From positions 25,071-89,070 of the forward strand of contig JBNGBT010000010.1 of NCBI GenBank assembly GCA_049903315.1: a stretch of 64,000 nucleotides of DNA, given 5' to 3'. This DNA is from Candidatus Cloacimonadota bacterium (GTDB lineage: Bacteria; Cloacimonadota; Cloacimonadia; JGIOTU-2). A model generated the notes under the pieces. It saw only the letters and a program-made list of their open reading frames with translations. It searched no databases and was not told the origin of the DNA. Below are positions 9,676 to 19,225 of this stretch, one piece after another (the stretch's first letter is position 1; every line of letters begins with the position of its first letter). The position numbers and the translations under genes are program-made.

Positions 9676-11177
9676 CACTATCACAGTTTATTTTCGTCCC
9701 TTTACTCGCCGCATTTCTCATAGCTCTCTTTGCCCGTAAAAAGGAAAATATCGCTGCTGCTATTGCACTGGCTGCCTGTGCGTGGCTATTGATCGTTTCG
9801 TTCATTGCGTTCTTTAAACTCCCTGCACACGGAGGTATGATCCTCAACAACACAAGTGGATGGAGTATACCCTATACGATCAGCTTGATCCTGGATAATC
9901 TCTCGGCATTTATGCTGATAGTGGTGAACCTTGTTGCTTTTCTTTCTGCATTCTATGCAATACAGTATATAAATCATTTCAACGGCAAATGGAATTTTTT
10001 TGCACTTTTTATGCTGATGCTAACAGGAATGAACGGAGTGATACTTACAGGAGACTTCTTCAATTTATATGTTTTCATGGAGATATCACTCATTTCCGCC
10101 TATGCTCTTGTTGCCTTTGGTACGGAATCTGAAGAGCTGGAGGCATCATTCAAATATGCGACAATGGGTGCAATTACATCTACCATGATTCTGTTCGGTA
10201 TTGGAATACTCTACAGTTATACTTCCACGCTTACAATGGCAGATGTAGGGCTTCAGCTAAGAAATACCGGAACTCCAAAACTGCTTTTCCTTGTGTATGG
10301 TTTATTTATTGCGGGTTTTGGTTTGAAAACAGCATTGGTTCCCTTCCATGCATGGCTTCCTGATGCACATCCCTCAGCCCCGGCTCCGATATCTGCAATG
10401 CTCTCAGGGGTGCTTATTAAAACACTGGGAGTCTATGCGATTGTGAGAATTTTCTTTAATGTATTCGGAGCACCAACTGTTGTACTGCAAATTCTCATGT
10501 TGCTTGGTACTCTTTCTATAGTGATTGGAGGATTTCTCTCTGTCGTGCAATGGGATTTCAAACGATTACTAGGATTCAGCAGTATTAGCCAGATTGGGTA
10601 TGTTGTCGTTGGTTTTGCACTCGGCACACCTCTCGGTATTCTCGGTGGTATCTTACATCTTTTCTATCATTCGATCTTCAAATCACTGCTCTTCTTGGAC
10701 AGTGGGGCTGTCGAATATGCGACCGACACACGGGATTTACGCCAGTTAGGCGGTCTATCAAAAGAGATGAAGGTCACTTCTACGACGACAATGGTTGGCA
10801 CTTTATCTATTTCAGGAATTCCGCCATTCAATGGATTTTTCAGCAAACTCATCATTATCATTGCATGTATTTCTGCTGGACAGATCGTTGTGGGTATTAT
10901 TGCAGCGTTAGTGAGTATTGTTACTCTCGCATACTTCCTGAAAGTTCAAAAGCATGCATTCTTTGGCAAAAAGGGATCTGCAAAAGTACTTGAAAAAGTT
11001 CCCTTTGCTATGAAAACAGCGATGATCATCTTAGCTGCATTGTGCCTGATAACTTCCGCAATTATGATTCCCTCAATTAGAAAACAATATCTGAATCCCA
11101 TAGTGGATACCGTTATGGGAAAAACTTCATATATCGACAAGGTCGAGCCCTATCTTGATAATGGGAGTGTTAAATGA
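9672..11177 (+). CDS. MrpD/NuoM/NuoN-like antiporter membrane subunit
   Basis: 501 aa. Has the WLPDAHPSAP motif typical of NuoL/M/N and MrpA/D proton-translocating subunits. Confidence 0.8.
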   Translation: MTLSQFIFVPLLAAFLIALFARKKENIAAAIALAACAWLLIVSFIAFFKLPAHGGMILNNTSGWSIPYTISLILDNLSAFMLIVVNLVAFLSAFYAIQYINHFNGKWNFFALFMLMLTGMNGVILTGDFFNLYVFMEISLISAYALVAFGTESEELEASFKYATMGAITSTMILFGIGILYSYTSTLTMADVGLQLRNTGTPKLLFLVYGLFIAGFGLKTALVPFHAWLPDAHPSAPAPISAMLSGVLIKTLGVYAIVRIFFNVFGAPTVVLQILMLLGTLSIVIGGFLSVVQWDFKRLLGFSSISQIGYVVVGFALGTPLGILGGILHLFYHSIFKSLLFLDSGAVEYATDTRDLRQLGGLSKEMKVTSTTTMVGTLSISGIPPFNGFFSKLIIIIACISAGQIVVGIIAALVSIVTLAYFLKVQKHAFFGKKGSAKVLEKVPFAMKTAMIILAALCLITSAIMIPSIRKQYLNPIVDTVMGKTSYIDKVEPYLDNGSVK

Positions 11178-11677
11178 AGATAGAAACAAAGAGCAGGATC
11201 GTTGTCTTTATCCTTTCCGTATTAGTGTGGATATTGATAACGATGGTTTTCAGTATTTCTTCCTTAGTCGCAGGCATTATCGTTGCATTGATAACCGCGA
11301 TATTTGCTGGAGAGATGCTGATCGTTACAGAAAGAAAATTTCATCTTAAACGAGTATGGTACACACTTGAATATCTGGTAAAGTTTACATGGGAACTGAT
11401 CAAAGCAAATTTCCATGTGGCATATATTGTGATTCACCCCCTCCTTCCTATCAAGCCCGGTATCGTGAAAGTGAGAACGAAACTCAAAAGAGATTCTGCA
11501 CTAACCATGCTTGCCAATTCAATAACCCTAACTCCCGGAACATTAACTGTTGATGTTGACGTCGATAATCAAGTTCTCTACGTGCACTGGATAGACGTAA
11601 AATGTACCGATATAGACGAAACCACGGAAGAAGTGGGTGGTCGCTTTGAAAAACTACTCGAGGAGATCTTTGAATGA
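11174..11677 (+). CDS. MrpE-like subunit
   Basis: 167 aa with N-terminal TM helices followed by a soluble domain. Position and size match MnhE. Overlapping start and stop codons with its neighbours. Confidence 0.55.
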   Translation: MKIETKSRIVVFILSVLVWILITMVFSISSLVAGIIVALITAIFAGEMLIVTERKFHLKRVWYTLEYLVKFTWELIKANFHVAYIVIHPLLPIKPGIVKVRTKLKRDSALTMLANSITLTPGTLTVDVDVDNQVLYVHWIDVKCTDIDETTEEVGGRFEKLLEEIFE

Positions 11678-12015
11678 GAGTTTTTAGATGGTTTTTAGGT
11701 TTACTTTTCATTGCAGCATTCTTTATAATAAATTTTGTTGTATTCACTGAAATTCCCTTTAATTATAAGTTGATCAATGTGCTCCTTTTCTGCTCGCTGT
11801 TCATACTTATACGAGTGGTGAAAGGACCTTCAGTTGCAGATCGTATTGTTGCTATTGATATTCTAGGTATTCTGATCATAGGAATATGTGCGATACTTGC
11901 GATTGCATTGCAGCGCTCATATTTCATAGATATTGGTATCGCCTGGGGTCTGCAGAGTTTTATCGGAGCTTTAGCGCTTGCCAAATTCTTAGAAGGGAGG
12001 TCACTCGATGCCTGA
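11674..12015 (+). CDS. MrpF-like subunit
   Basis: 113 aa with three TM helices. Position matches MnhF. Confidence 0.55.
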   Translation: MRVFRWFLGLLFIAAFFIINFVVFTEIPFNYKLINVLLFCSLFILIRVVKGPSVADRIVAIDILGILIIGICAILAIALQRSYFIDIGIAWGLQSFIGALALAKFLEGRSLDA

Positions 12016-12367
12016 TCTTGCAATTAATCAAATTATCGGCTATGTAATTATTTGTATTGGCATCATTTTTGATCTTTTTGGTGTGCTCGGACTTGTACGC
12101 CTTCCCGATGTATATAACCGTCTTCAGGCAGCCACGAAGAGTGTGACTTTTGGTTCTGCAGGGATACTGTTCGGTGTGTTTGTCTATTCAGGTTTCAATG
12201 CAATGGGCTTCAAGGCAATCTTAGCTGCAATATTTGTTCTTTTGACTTCACCCGTATCTGCACATGCTATTGCAAAAGCTGCCCACAAAGCAGGCATCAA
12301 ATTGACCGACAAGACAATCATTGATCTATATCGCCAGGATAAAGACAAGAGTGAGGAACAGAAATGA
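12008..12367 (+). CDS. MrpG-like subunit
   Basis: 119 aa with three TM helices and a charged C-terminal tail. Position matches MnhG. Confidence 0.6.
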   Translation: MPDLAINQIIGYVIICIGIIFDLFGVLGLVRLPDVYNRLQAATKSVTFGSAGILFGVFVYSGFNAMGFKAILAAIFVLLTSPVSAHAIAKAAHKAGIKLTDKTIIDLYRQDKDKSEEQK

Positions 12368-12975
12368 TAATTCCAAAACTTAGAGAATTAGGTGAAGCAA
12401 TAACATCACTTTTTTCAAAACCAATAACAAGTAAGTATCCTTTTACAAAGAAACCCTATGAACCGGTGAAACAGTTCAAAGGAAAGCCGATATATAATGA
12501 AGAAGAGTGTGTCGGCTGCGGCTCATGTGCTCAAGTATGTCCTGCTGGTGCGATTGAAATGATCGATATTCCAGAAGAAGGCAAGCGCATCATGCAGGTG
12601 AGTTATACACACTGTATTCGCTGTGGCCAATGTGAGGAACATTGTATTACACAAAAAGGGATCAAGCTTTCTAATGAATACATCTCAGCTACTTTCAGCC
12701 CCGCGCGCGAAGCCGATATGATGAGTATAGAAAAGAAACTCATTGTCTGTCCTGTTTGTGGAACAAAGATCGCTACGGAAGATCATATGAACTGGCTTGC
12801 AGAAAAATTAGGTCCAAAAGCTTATGGTAATCCAAATCTTCTCGCTTTCATTCAACTTCGCTATCAGGATCTCCCGGATGCAAAAATAAAGAAGGATAAA
12901 CTTAGAAGAGAAGATTATTATAAATTGATGTGTCCGCGCTGTAGGCACCAGGTTGTTGTCGAAGATGCATTCTGA
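12364..12975 (+). CDS. NuoI/MbhN-like 2x[4Fe-4S] ferredoxin subunit with C-terminal zinc-ribbon extension
   Basis: CVGCGSCAQVCP and CIRCGQCEEHC motifs. An extra ~80-aa tail carries CPVCG...CPRCR. Confidence 0.7.
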   Translation: MIIPKLRELGEAITSLFSKPITSKYPFTKKPYEPVKQFKGKPIYNEEECVGCGSCAQVCPAGAIEMIDIPEEGKRIMQVSYTHCIRCGQCEEHCITQKGIKLSNEYISATFSPAREADMMSIEKKLIVCPVCGTKIATEDHMNWLAEKLGPKAYGNPNLLAFIQLRYQDLPDAKIKKDKLRREDYYKLMCPRCRHQVVVEDAF

Positions 12976-13446
12976 TGAGTTAAAAAAATTATTTACATCC
13001 ATAAAAGATAAACGAACCCTATTTGTGGGGCTGGGAAATTATCAACGCGGAGATGATGCCGCAGGTTTATATATTGTTGAGCAACTGCAATCAAAATGTA
13101 AAAAAAAAAAGTTACATATCTGATCGCAGAAACAACTCCAGAAAATTATTTGAATACCCTCATTTCCAAAGATATTGATATAATAATTTTTTTTGATGCG
13201 TGCAGGCTACCGTCAGATGCGGGAGAGGTAAAAATCTTAGATCCTAAAGAAATAAGCACATTCTCGACTTCTACGCATACGAGCTCCATGAGTGTGATCA
13301 TCGACTATATTCATAAGTTATCTGATGTAAAGATCAAAGTAATTGGCATTAATGTAAAAAGTGCTCATTTAGGAACGGAAATTTCACCGGAAATAAAAGA
13401 GAGTGCTGATTCTCTTATAATGATGATAAAAAATGCAACAAGCTGA
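12966..13446 (+). pseudogene. hycI: Hydrogenase maturation endopeptidase HycI/HybD-like, interrupted by a +1 frameshift inside an A11 homopolymer (13100-13110)
   Basis: Frame 1 (from the ATG at 12966) reads MHSDELKKLFTSIKDKRTLFVGLGNYQRGDDAAGLYIVEQLQSKCKKKK and then stops. Frame 2 continues VTYLIAETTPENYLNTLISKDIDIIIFFDACRLPSDAG...H... An A12 tract would restore a single ~160-aa HycI-like ORF carrying the GxGNxxxxDDxxG, D-A and H Ni-ligand positions. Confidence 0.6.
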
Positions 13447-15703
13447 GATACTCCTCACGGGTATTGTGCAGGGAGTAGGATTTCGTCCTTTTGTAAAAAG
13501 AACTGCACTTGATCATGGCATCACAGGCTATGTTGAAAATAGAGAATTCGGGGTAAAAATAATTGCAGCGGCATCAAAAAAGTTCATTGAGGATTTTTTA
13601 AAAGATATCCTCGATAATGCCCCGGCAGTCTCGACAATTCTTACTCATTCAATAAAATATTTTGATCAAGAACTGCCTGAATATAGTTCATTTGAAATTG
13701 CACCCAGCAAGAAAAAGGGGGAGATATCAGCACTAATTCCTCCTGATATTGCCACATGTGAAAAATGTGCACAAGAAATTTTCAATAAAGATGACAGGCA
13801 TTTTTCATATCCATTTACTAATTGCACAAACTGCGGTCCGAGATTTTCAATAATACAATCTATTCCGTATGATAGAAAAAACACGACAATGAGAAAGTTC
13901 ATTATGTGCGATGACTGCAATCGGGAATATACAACAGTTTCAGATAGAAGATATCATGCTCAGCCGAATGCCTGCCCTAAATGCGGTCCGGAATTATGCT
14001 TTATTGAAATTGTGGACGAATGCCCAATTGTAACCGAGAAAAGAGAAAAGGCATTTGAGAGGACCATATCACTTCTGCAAAAGGGAGAGATTGTAGCAAT
14101 AAAAGGGATCGGGGGCTACCATCTCGTGTGCAATGCTTTGAAAAAGGATGTTGTGGAAAAACTCAGGATGTTGAAGTTTAGACCGAATAAACCTTTTGCA
14201 TTGATGGCGCGGGATATTGAAACCATAGAAGAATATTGCATAGCAAATGAAGTTGAGAAGAGCATGTTGGAAGGGCAGCAAAAACCAATTGTCCTGCTAA
14301 GCAAAAAAAATGATACTCTGGAGCATGTAGCTCCCGGGGTGAAAGATCTCGGTTTTATGCTTCCGTACACACCGTTGCATTATCTGCTTTTCAGACATTT
14401 TCGTTTGCTTGTATTTACCAGCGGCAATATCTCTGAAGAAGCCCTCGAAAATAACGACGATTCCGCATATCAAAATCTTGCAAATATAACCCGGTATTAT
14501 CTTTCTTATAACAGAGAAATCTTTAATCGCATCGATGATTCAATCGTGACATATGCAGGGGATCAAAGAATCTTGATAAGGAAGGCGCGAGGATTTGTAC
14601 CGAAACCTATAAACATTGCACGAGGAAAAGGTAAACAGCAGATCTTTGCTTCAGGTGCAGATATGAAGGGTTCATTCGGACTCACTAAAGAAAATATTTT
14701 TCTCGGCAGTCAATATCTCGGCGATCTCGCATTTGAGTCAAATACCAAATTTTACAAGGAATCCCTTGAGTACTTTCAATCAATATTCGAAATGAAACCA
14801 CAGATTGTCATCGCGGATTCCCATCCAAATTACTTCTCGACACAGTTTGCACGAGAGTTTGCAGAAGAGAACGAGCTACCTATTCACTATGTACAACATC
14901 ATAACGCCCATATCTACAGTGTAATGGCGGAAAACGATCTTGAAAATGTATTAGGAGTTTCATTTGACGGAACCGGCTTTGGAGATGATGGAAATGTCTG
15001 GGGTGGAGAATTTTTTATTATTAACAAAACTGAGTCCGAGAGGTTTGCTCATTTGAATTATGTGCCCATGGTTTCCGGAGAACGTGCAGCGAAAGAGCCA
15101 TGGAGAATGGCATTGATTTATTTATATAAATATTATCCTGAAGCAGTTGAAGGTATTATTACTGAAAAGAAATTTCCACAGAAGGATATGATCTTTCTCC
15201 AGCTCCTCAATGATTCTGTGCGACTTCAGACCTCAAGTATGGGAAGATTCTTTGATGCGGTTGCAAGTCTTATCGATGTATGCCATTTCAATTCCTATGA
15301 AGGCGAAGCTCCTATGAAATTGGAAGCTCTTGCAGATGAAAACTTTTCGGGATATTATCATTTTGATTTTAATAAGCAGCAGTCACTCATCGAGGTTGAT
15401 ATGATAATTAAAGGAATTGTGAATGATATTCAAGAGCAAAGATCGAAAGTATTCATATCATCCAAATTTCACTTTACAATTGCGAAGATGGTTTTCGATT
15501 TGTGTAAAAAAATGAAGAATGAATCCAGCATAGATGCAGTAGCGCTTTCTGGTGGAGTGTTTCAGAATGTCGTGCTTGTTAATATGATAAAAAGAGTATT
15601 TTCCGGCAGCGAACTGAAGTTGTTTTGGAATGAAAAAGTACCACCTAATGATGCAGGAATTGCACTTGGCCAGGTTTATTCATATCTCTTGAGAAGCAGG
15701 TAA
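13433..15703 (+). CDS. hypF: [NiFe] hydrogenase maturation carbamoyltransferase HypF
   Basis: 756 aa. N-terminal acylphosphatase domain (VQGVGFRPFV), two CxxC...CxxC zinc fingers (CEKC/CTNCGPRFS and CDDC/CPKCGPE), then YrdC-like and Kae1/HypF carbamoyltransferase domains. Confidence 0.9.
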   Translation: MQQAEILLTGIVQGVGFRPFVKRTALDHGITGYVENREFGVKIIAAASKKFIEDFLKDILDNAPAVSTILTHSIKYFDQELPEYSSFEIAPSKKKGEISALIPPDIATCEKCAQEIFNKDDRHFSYPFTNCTNCGPRFSIIQSIPYDRKNTTMRKFIMCDDCNREYTTVSDRRYHAQPNACPKCGPELCFIEIVDECPIVTEKREKAFERTISLLQKGEIVAIKGIGGYHLVCNALKKDVVEKLRMLKFRPNKPFALMARDIETIEEYCIANEVEKSMLEGQQKPIVLLSKKNDTLEHVAPGVKDLGFMLPYTPLHYLLFRHFRLLVFTSGNISEEALENNDDSAYQNLANITRYYLSYNREIFNRIDDSIVTYAGDQRILIRKARGFVPKPINIARGKGKQQIFASGADMKGSFGLTKENIFLGSQYLGDLAFESNTKFYKESLEYFQSIFEMKPQIVIADSHPNYFSTQFAREFAEENELPIHYVQHHNAHIYSVMAENDLENVLGVSFDGTGFGDDGNVWGGEFFIINKTESERFAHLNYVPMVSGERAAKEPWRMALIYLYKYYPEAVEGIITEKKFPQKDMIFLQLLNDSVRLQTSSMGRFFDAVASLIDVCHFNSYEGEAPMKLEALADENFSGYYHFDFNKQQSLIEVDMIIKGIVNDIQEQRSKVFISSKFHFTIAKMVFDLCKKMKNESSIDAVALSGGVFQNVVLVNMIKRVFSGSELKLFWNEKVPPNDAGIALGQVYSYLLRSR

Positions 15704-15705
15704 TA

Positions 15706-15927
15706 ATGTGTTTGGCAGTACCTTATAGAATTATTTCAAAAGACGGCAATAAAGCCATTGCAGATGTCTTCGGCATGAAAAAAGAGATAGACATCCGCAT
15801 TATAGAGAATGTCGAAGTCGATGAATATGTACTTGTTCATGCAGGCTTTGCCATTCAAAGAGTAAGTCCCGAGGATGCAAAGGAAACTCTTGAGCTACTC
15901 ACCGAACTCTGCGAAGCCGAAGAGTAA
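15706..15927 (+). CDS. hypC: Hydrogenase maturation chaperone HypC
   Basis: 73 aa. Begins MCLAVPYRII, the canonical MC(L/I)(A/G)(I/V)P HypC N-terminus. Confidence 0.85.
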   Translation: MCLAVPYRIISKDGNKAIADVFGMKKEIDIRIIENVEVDEYVLVHAGFAIQRVSPEDAKETLELLTELCEAEE

Positions 15928-15930
15928 ACC

Positions 15931-17019
15931 ATGACCGATAAATTCAGAAATAATCCTGAACTAAAACCGCTTCTAGAAAAAATTAAGCATGAGGTAGCTG
16001 CACTCGACCGAAAAGTACTTCCTCTGAAATTTATGGAAGTGTGCGGCACTCATACAGTTTCAATACTCAAATTTGGATTCAGGCATTATTTCAAAGATTC
16101 AATAAAATTTCTCTCAGGACCCGGATGTCCTGTGTGTGTTACTTCAATCCGGGATATTGATAAGATCATATTTTTGGCTCAACAGGGACATCATATAGTC
16201 ACTTTTGGAGATCTGATAAAAGTGCCCGGAAGCACATCAAGTTTGGAAAAGGAGATCGCAAAAGGTGCGCTCGTAAGTGTCGTATATAGTCCGTTGGATG
16301 CCCTGAATATCGCAAAGACTACCTCTAAAGAAGTGATATTTATCGCAGTCGGGTTTGAAACGACAATTCCCGCGATTGCGAGTTTGGTTCTGGATGCCTA
16401 TGCACAACAGATACACAATATCACAATTCTTTGTCTGGTAAAAACGATGCCGAATGTCCTACAATTTCTTCTTTCCCAGCTAGAAGGTGAAATTGATGGA
16501 TTCATTATGCCAGGGCATGTGAGTGTAATAATTGGCTCTGAACCATATGAATTTATACCAAGTAAATATCATATTCCCTGCACAGTAGCTGGTTTCGAGC
16601 CCGTAGATATGGGATTGGGAATTGAATCGTTGGTATCTCAAATTAAAAACAATAATCCGTTTGTCGATAATAGATATAAGAGAATGGTAAGATCCGAGGG
16701 AAACAGAGCGGCACAAGAGCTGATCTCAGCAGTATTTGACGAGTGTGATGTATCGTGGCGCGGATTTGGCTTGATCCCCAAGAGTGGATTATGCCTGAAA
16801 GAGGATTATGCAAAATTTGATGCAGAGAAAAAATATAATATAGAAGTAAAGGATGAAGTTGTACAAACCGCTTGTATCTGCGGAGATATCATTGCAGGAA
16901 GAAAAACCCCTCTTGAGTGTACCCTGTTCAGGAAAAATTGTACTCCGGAAAATCCGGTTGGACCATGTATGGTTTCCTTCGAAGGCGCATGCGCCGCATA
17001 TTATAAATATGGAGAATGA
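15931..17019 (+). CDS. hypD: Hydrogenase maturation protein HypD
   Basis: 362 aa. Has the conserved HypD motifs CGxH (CGTH), GPGCPVCV and the C-terminal Cys cluster CPVGPC-like (PVGPCMVSFEGACAA). Confidence 0.9.
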   Translation: MTDKFRNNPELKPLLEKIKHEVAALDRKVLPLKFMEVCGTHTVSILKFGFRHYFKDSIKFLSGPGCPVCVTSIRDIDKIIFLAQQGHHIVTFGDLIKVPGSTSSLEKEIAKGALVSVVYSPLDALNIAKTTSKEVIFIAVGFETTIPAIASLVLDAYAQQIHNITILCLVKTMPNVLQFLLSQLEGEIDGFIMPGHVSVIIGSEPYEFIPSKYHIPCTVAGFEPVDMGLGIESLVSQIKNNNPFVDNRYKRMVRSEGNRAAQELISAVFDECDVSWRGFGLIPKSGLCLKEDYAKFDAEKKYNIEVKDEVVQTACICGDIIAGRKTPLECTLFRKNCTPENPVGPCMVSFEGACAAYYKYGE

Positions 17020-18023
17020 TGAACAAAGATACTACTATTCTTCTCTCTCATGGGAGCGGCGGTAAACAGAGCCAGAAACTTATAGAACTGATATATGAAA
17101 TACTCAGTGATGTCGTTATCAATCATGGTGAAGATAGCGGACTTTTAGAAACCACTGAAGGCAAGGCAGCAATCACAACTGACAGCTATACAATTGATCC
17201 CATTTTCTTTCCCGGCGGCAATATCGGGAAACTGGCTATATGCGGAACTACCAATGACCTTGCAATGGTTGGTGCGATCCCTAAATATGTTACTTTATCG
17301 TTGATTATCGAAGAAGGATTCAGCTTTGACGATCTGAAAAAGATACTGATTTCGATAAGAGACGAAACCAGAAAAGATCAGATATCTATCATTGCAGGAG
17401 ACACCAAAATCGTAAGTAAAGGCAAGATTGATAAAATATTTATTAATACTGCAGGATATGGAATTTTAAAGACCGAAGCTATCTCATCAAAGAATGCAAA
17501 ACCGCAGGATACTGTAATCATTACAGGAGATATTGGCGATCACGGTGCGTCGATCATGGCATACAGAAATGGATTTGAGTCTTCTTTGAAATCAGATTGC
17601 GCAAATGTTGCCCCGCTTATAAAAAAACTTCTAAATCGCGGAATTGTCATTCATGCATTAAGAGATCCAACACGTGGCGGACTTGCATCAATCCTGAATG
17701 AAATCGCAAGTTCATCACAGGTGGATATCGAACTCGAAGAAGAGAAACTGCCAATCAAAAAAAGCGTGTCCGGCGTGTGTGATGCACTGGGTATTGATCC
17801 TCTATATATGGCATGCGAAGGCAGAGCGATAATAATCTCACCGGGAGATCAAGCTGAAGAAATATTGAAAATATTACACGACGAATCCTTGGGGAAAAAT
17901 GCGCAAATAATCGGTCGAGTTTTAGAAAAATCTGATGAACCTAAGTTATTTTTGAAAACATTCATCGGGGCAAAAAGGATATTACCCCTTCTCTCACGAG
18001 AACAAACACCTCGAATCTGCTAA
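17016..18023 (+). CDS. hypE: Hydrogenase maturation protein HypE
   Basis: 335 aa with the AIR-synthase-related fold. C-terminal ...PRIC matches the HypE conserved terminal Cys (cyanation site). Confidence 0.9.
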   Translation: MMNKDTTILLSHGSGGKQSQKLIELIYEILSDVVINHGEDSGLLETTEGKAAITTDSYTIDPIFFPGGNIGKLAICGTTNDLAMVGAIPKYVTLSLIIEEGFSFDDLKKILISIRDETRKDQISIIAGDTKIVSKGKIDKIFINTAGYGILKTEAISSKNAKPQDTVIITGDIGDHGASIMAYRNGFESSLKSDCANVAPLIKKLLNRGIVIHALRDPTRGGLASILNEIASSSQVDIELEEEKLPIKKSVSGVCDALGIDPLYMACEGRAIIISPGDQAEEILKILHDESLGKNAQIIGRVLEKSDEPKLFLKTFIGAKRILPLLSREQTPRIC

Positions 18024-18035
18024 CAGGAATACACC

Positions 18036-19196
18036 ATGCCGGACCAATTTGAGACAACTCTCCACAAAATTTATAAGACCCTCTTGCTGATCTTCCTTAT
18101 CTATCTTTTCTTTCTGAGTATCGTTATGATGGGAGCTGGTTTTAAAGGTTTTCATGGCTTGTCTGAAAGTCTTATTAAAAGTGTGAGCAATCCGATAATG
18201 GGATTACTCATAGGAATTTTAGCCACCAGCATTGTGCAGAGTTCTTCCACTACCACTTCTATCGTTGTAGGACTCGTTGCCAGTAATATTCTTGGGGCAG
18301 ACTCCATCCGTATTGCGATCCCGATCATAATGGGAGCCAATATAGGAACGACAATTACAAATACACTTGTATCTCTGGGACATATTTCAAGAACAGACGA
18401 GTTCAAGAGAGCCTATAGTTGCGCTATTGTGCATGATATATTCAATATTTTGGCAGTAATAATTCTGCTGCCATTAGAAATATATTTCGGAGTAATAGAA
18501 AAAATTTCTCTTAAACTAGGTTCATTTATCCTGCATGCAAATATTCAAGGTGCGGAGTTCAAAAGTCCCCTTGGATTAATAACAAAACCCATTGTCGGAT
18601 TTCTGTATAATTCAAAATTTCCCAGTGCTTCGCCAGGACTGTTGCAAAAGATATTTCCCCCAACAATTGCCCAGATATTGATCCTTGTATTAGCCCTGGT
18701 ATTCTTATTTATTGCGTTGAGATTTATGGTAAAAGTAATACGCGAGCTGGTTATAGGAAAGGTGGAACAGTTCTTTTCTGACTACATATTCCGGAATGCT
18801 GTTCTTGCACTGCTTCTTGGTCTTATTCTCACTGCAATCGTTCAAAGCAGCTCGATCACGACGTCAATTATGATCCCGCTGGCAGGTGCAGGGATAGTGA
18901 ATATCTACCAAGTTTTCCCATATACTGTAGGTGCCAATATAGGAACGACTGTGACTACTTTATTGGCAGCCATGGCAACGTGTTCACCTGCGGCACTTGT
19001 TGTCGCGATATCTCATTTCACGTTCAATGTGCTTGGAATGATTATCATACTTCCTTTCAAACCCGTGAGAATGATCCCAATCAAAATCGCATTAGCAGCT
19101 TCAAATATGACAATGAAAAGCAAATTATATCCAATATTATTTATCGCTTTGATATTTTTTATCATACCGGTACTTTTACTGGTCATTATGAAATAA
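18036..19196 (+). CDS. nptA: Na+/phosphate cotransporter family protein
   Basis: 386 aa polytopic protein with the duplicated QSSS(T/I)TTSI motif characteristic of Na/Pi cotransporter II-related proteins. Confidence 0.8.
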   Translation: MPDQFETTLHKIYKTLLLIFLIYLFFLSIVMMGAGFKGFHGLSESLIKSVSNPIMGLLIGILATSIVQSSSTTTSIVVGLVASNILGADSIRIAIPIIMGANIGTTITNTLVSLGHISRTDEFKRAYSCAIVHDIFNILAVIILLPLEIYFGVIEKISLKLGSFILHANIQGAEFKSPLGLITKPIVGFLYNSKFPSASPGLLQKIFPPTIAQILILVLALVFLFIALRFMVKVIRELVIGKVEQFFSDYIFRNAVLALLLGLILTAIVQSSSITTSIMIPLAGAGIVNIYQVFPYTVGANIGTTVTTLLAAMATCSPAALVVAISHFTFNVLGMIIILPFKPVRMIPIKIALAASNMTMKSKLYPILFIALIFFIIPVLLLVIMK

Positions 19197-19225
19197 TTAG
19201 TTAATACCCGAATTCGAGGTAAAAA

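Noticed and set aside
13097-13112. Treating the hycI break as two separate small genes
   Set aside because: Both halves align contiguously to a single HycI-type protease. The upstream half ends 3 codons after the homopolymer, and the downstream half lacks its own ATG and RBS (TTG only).
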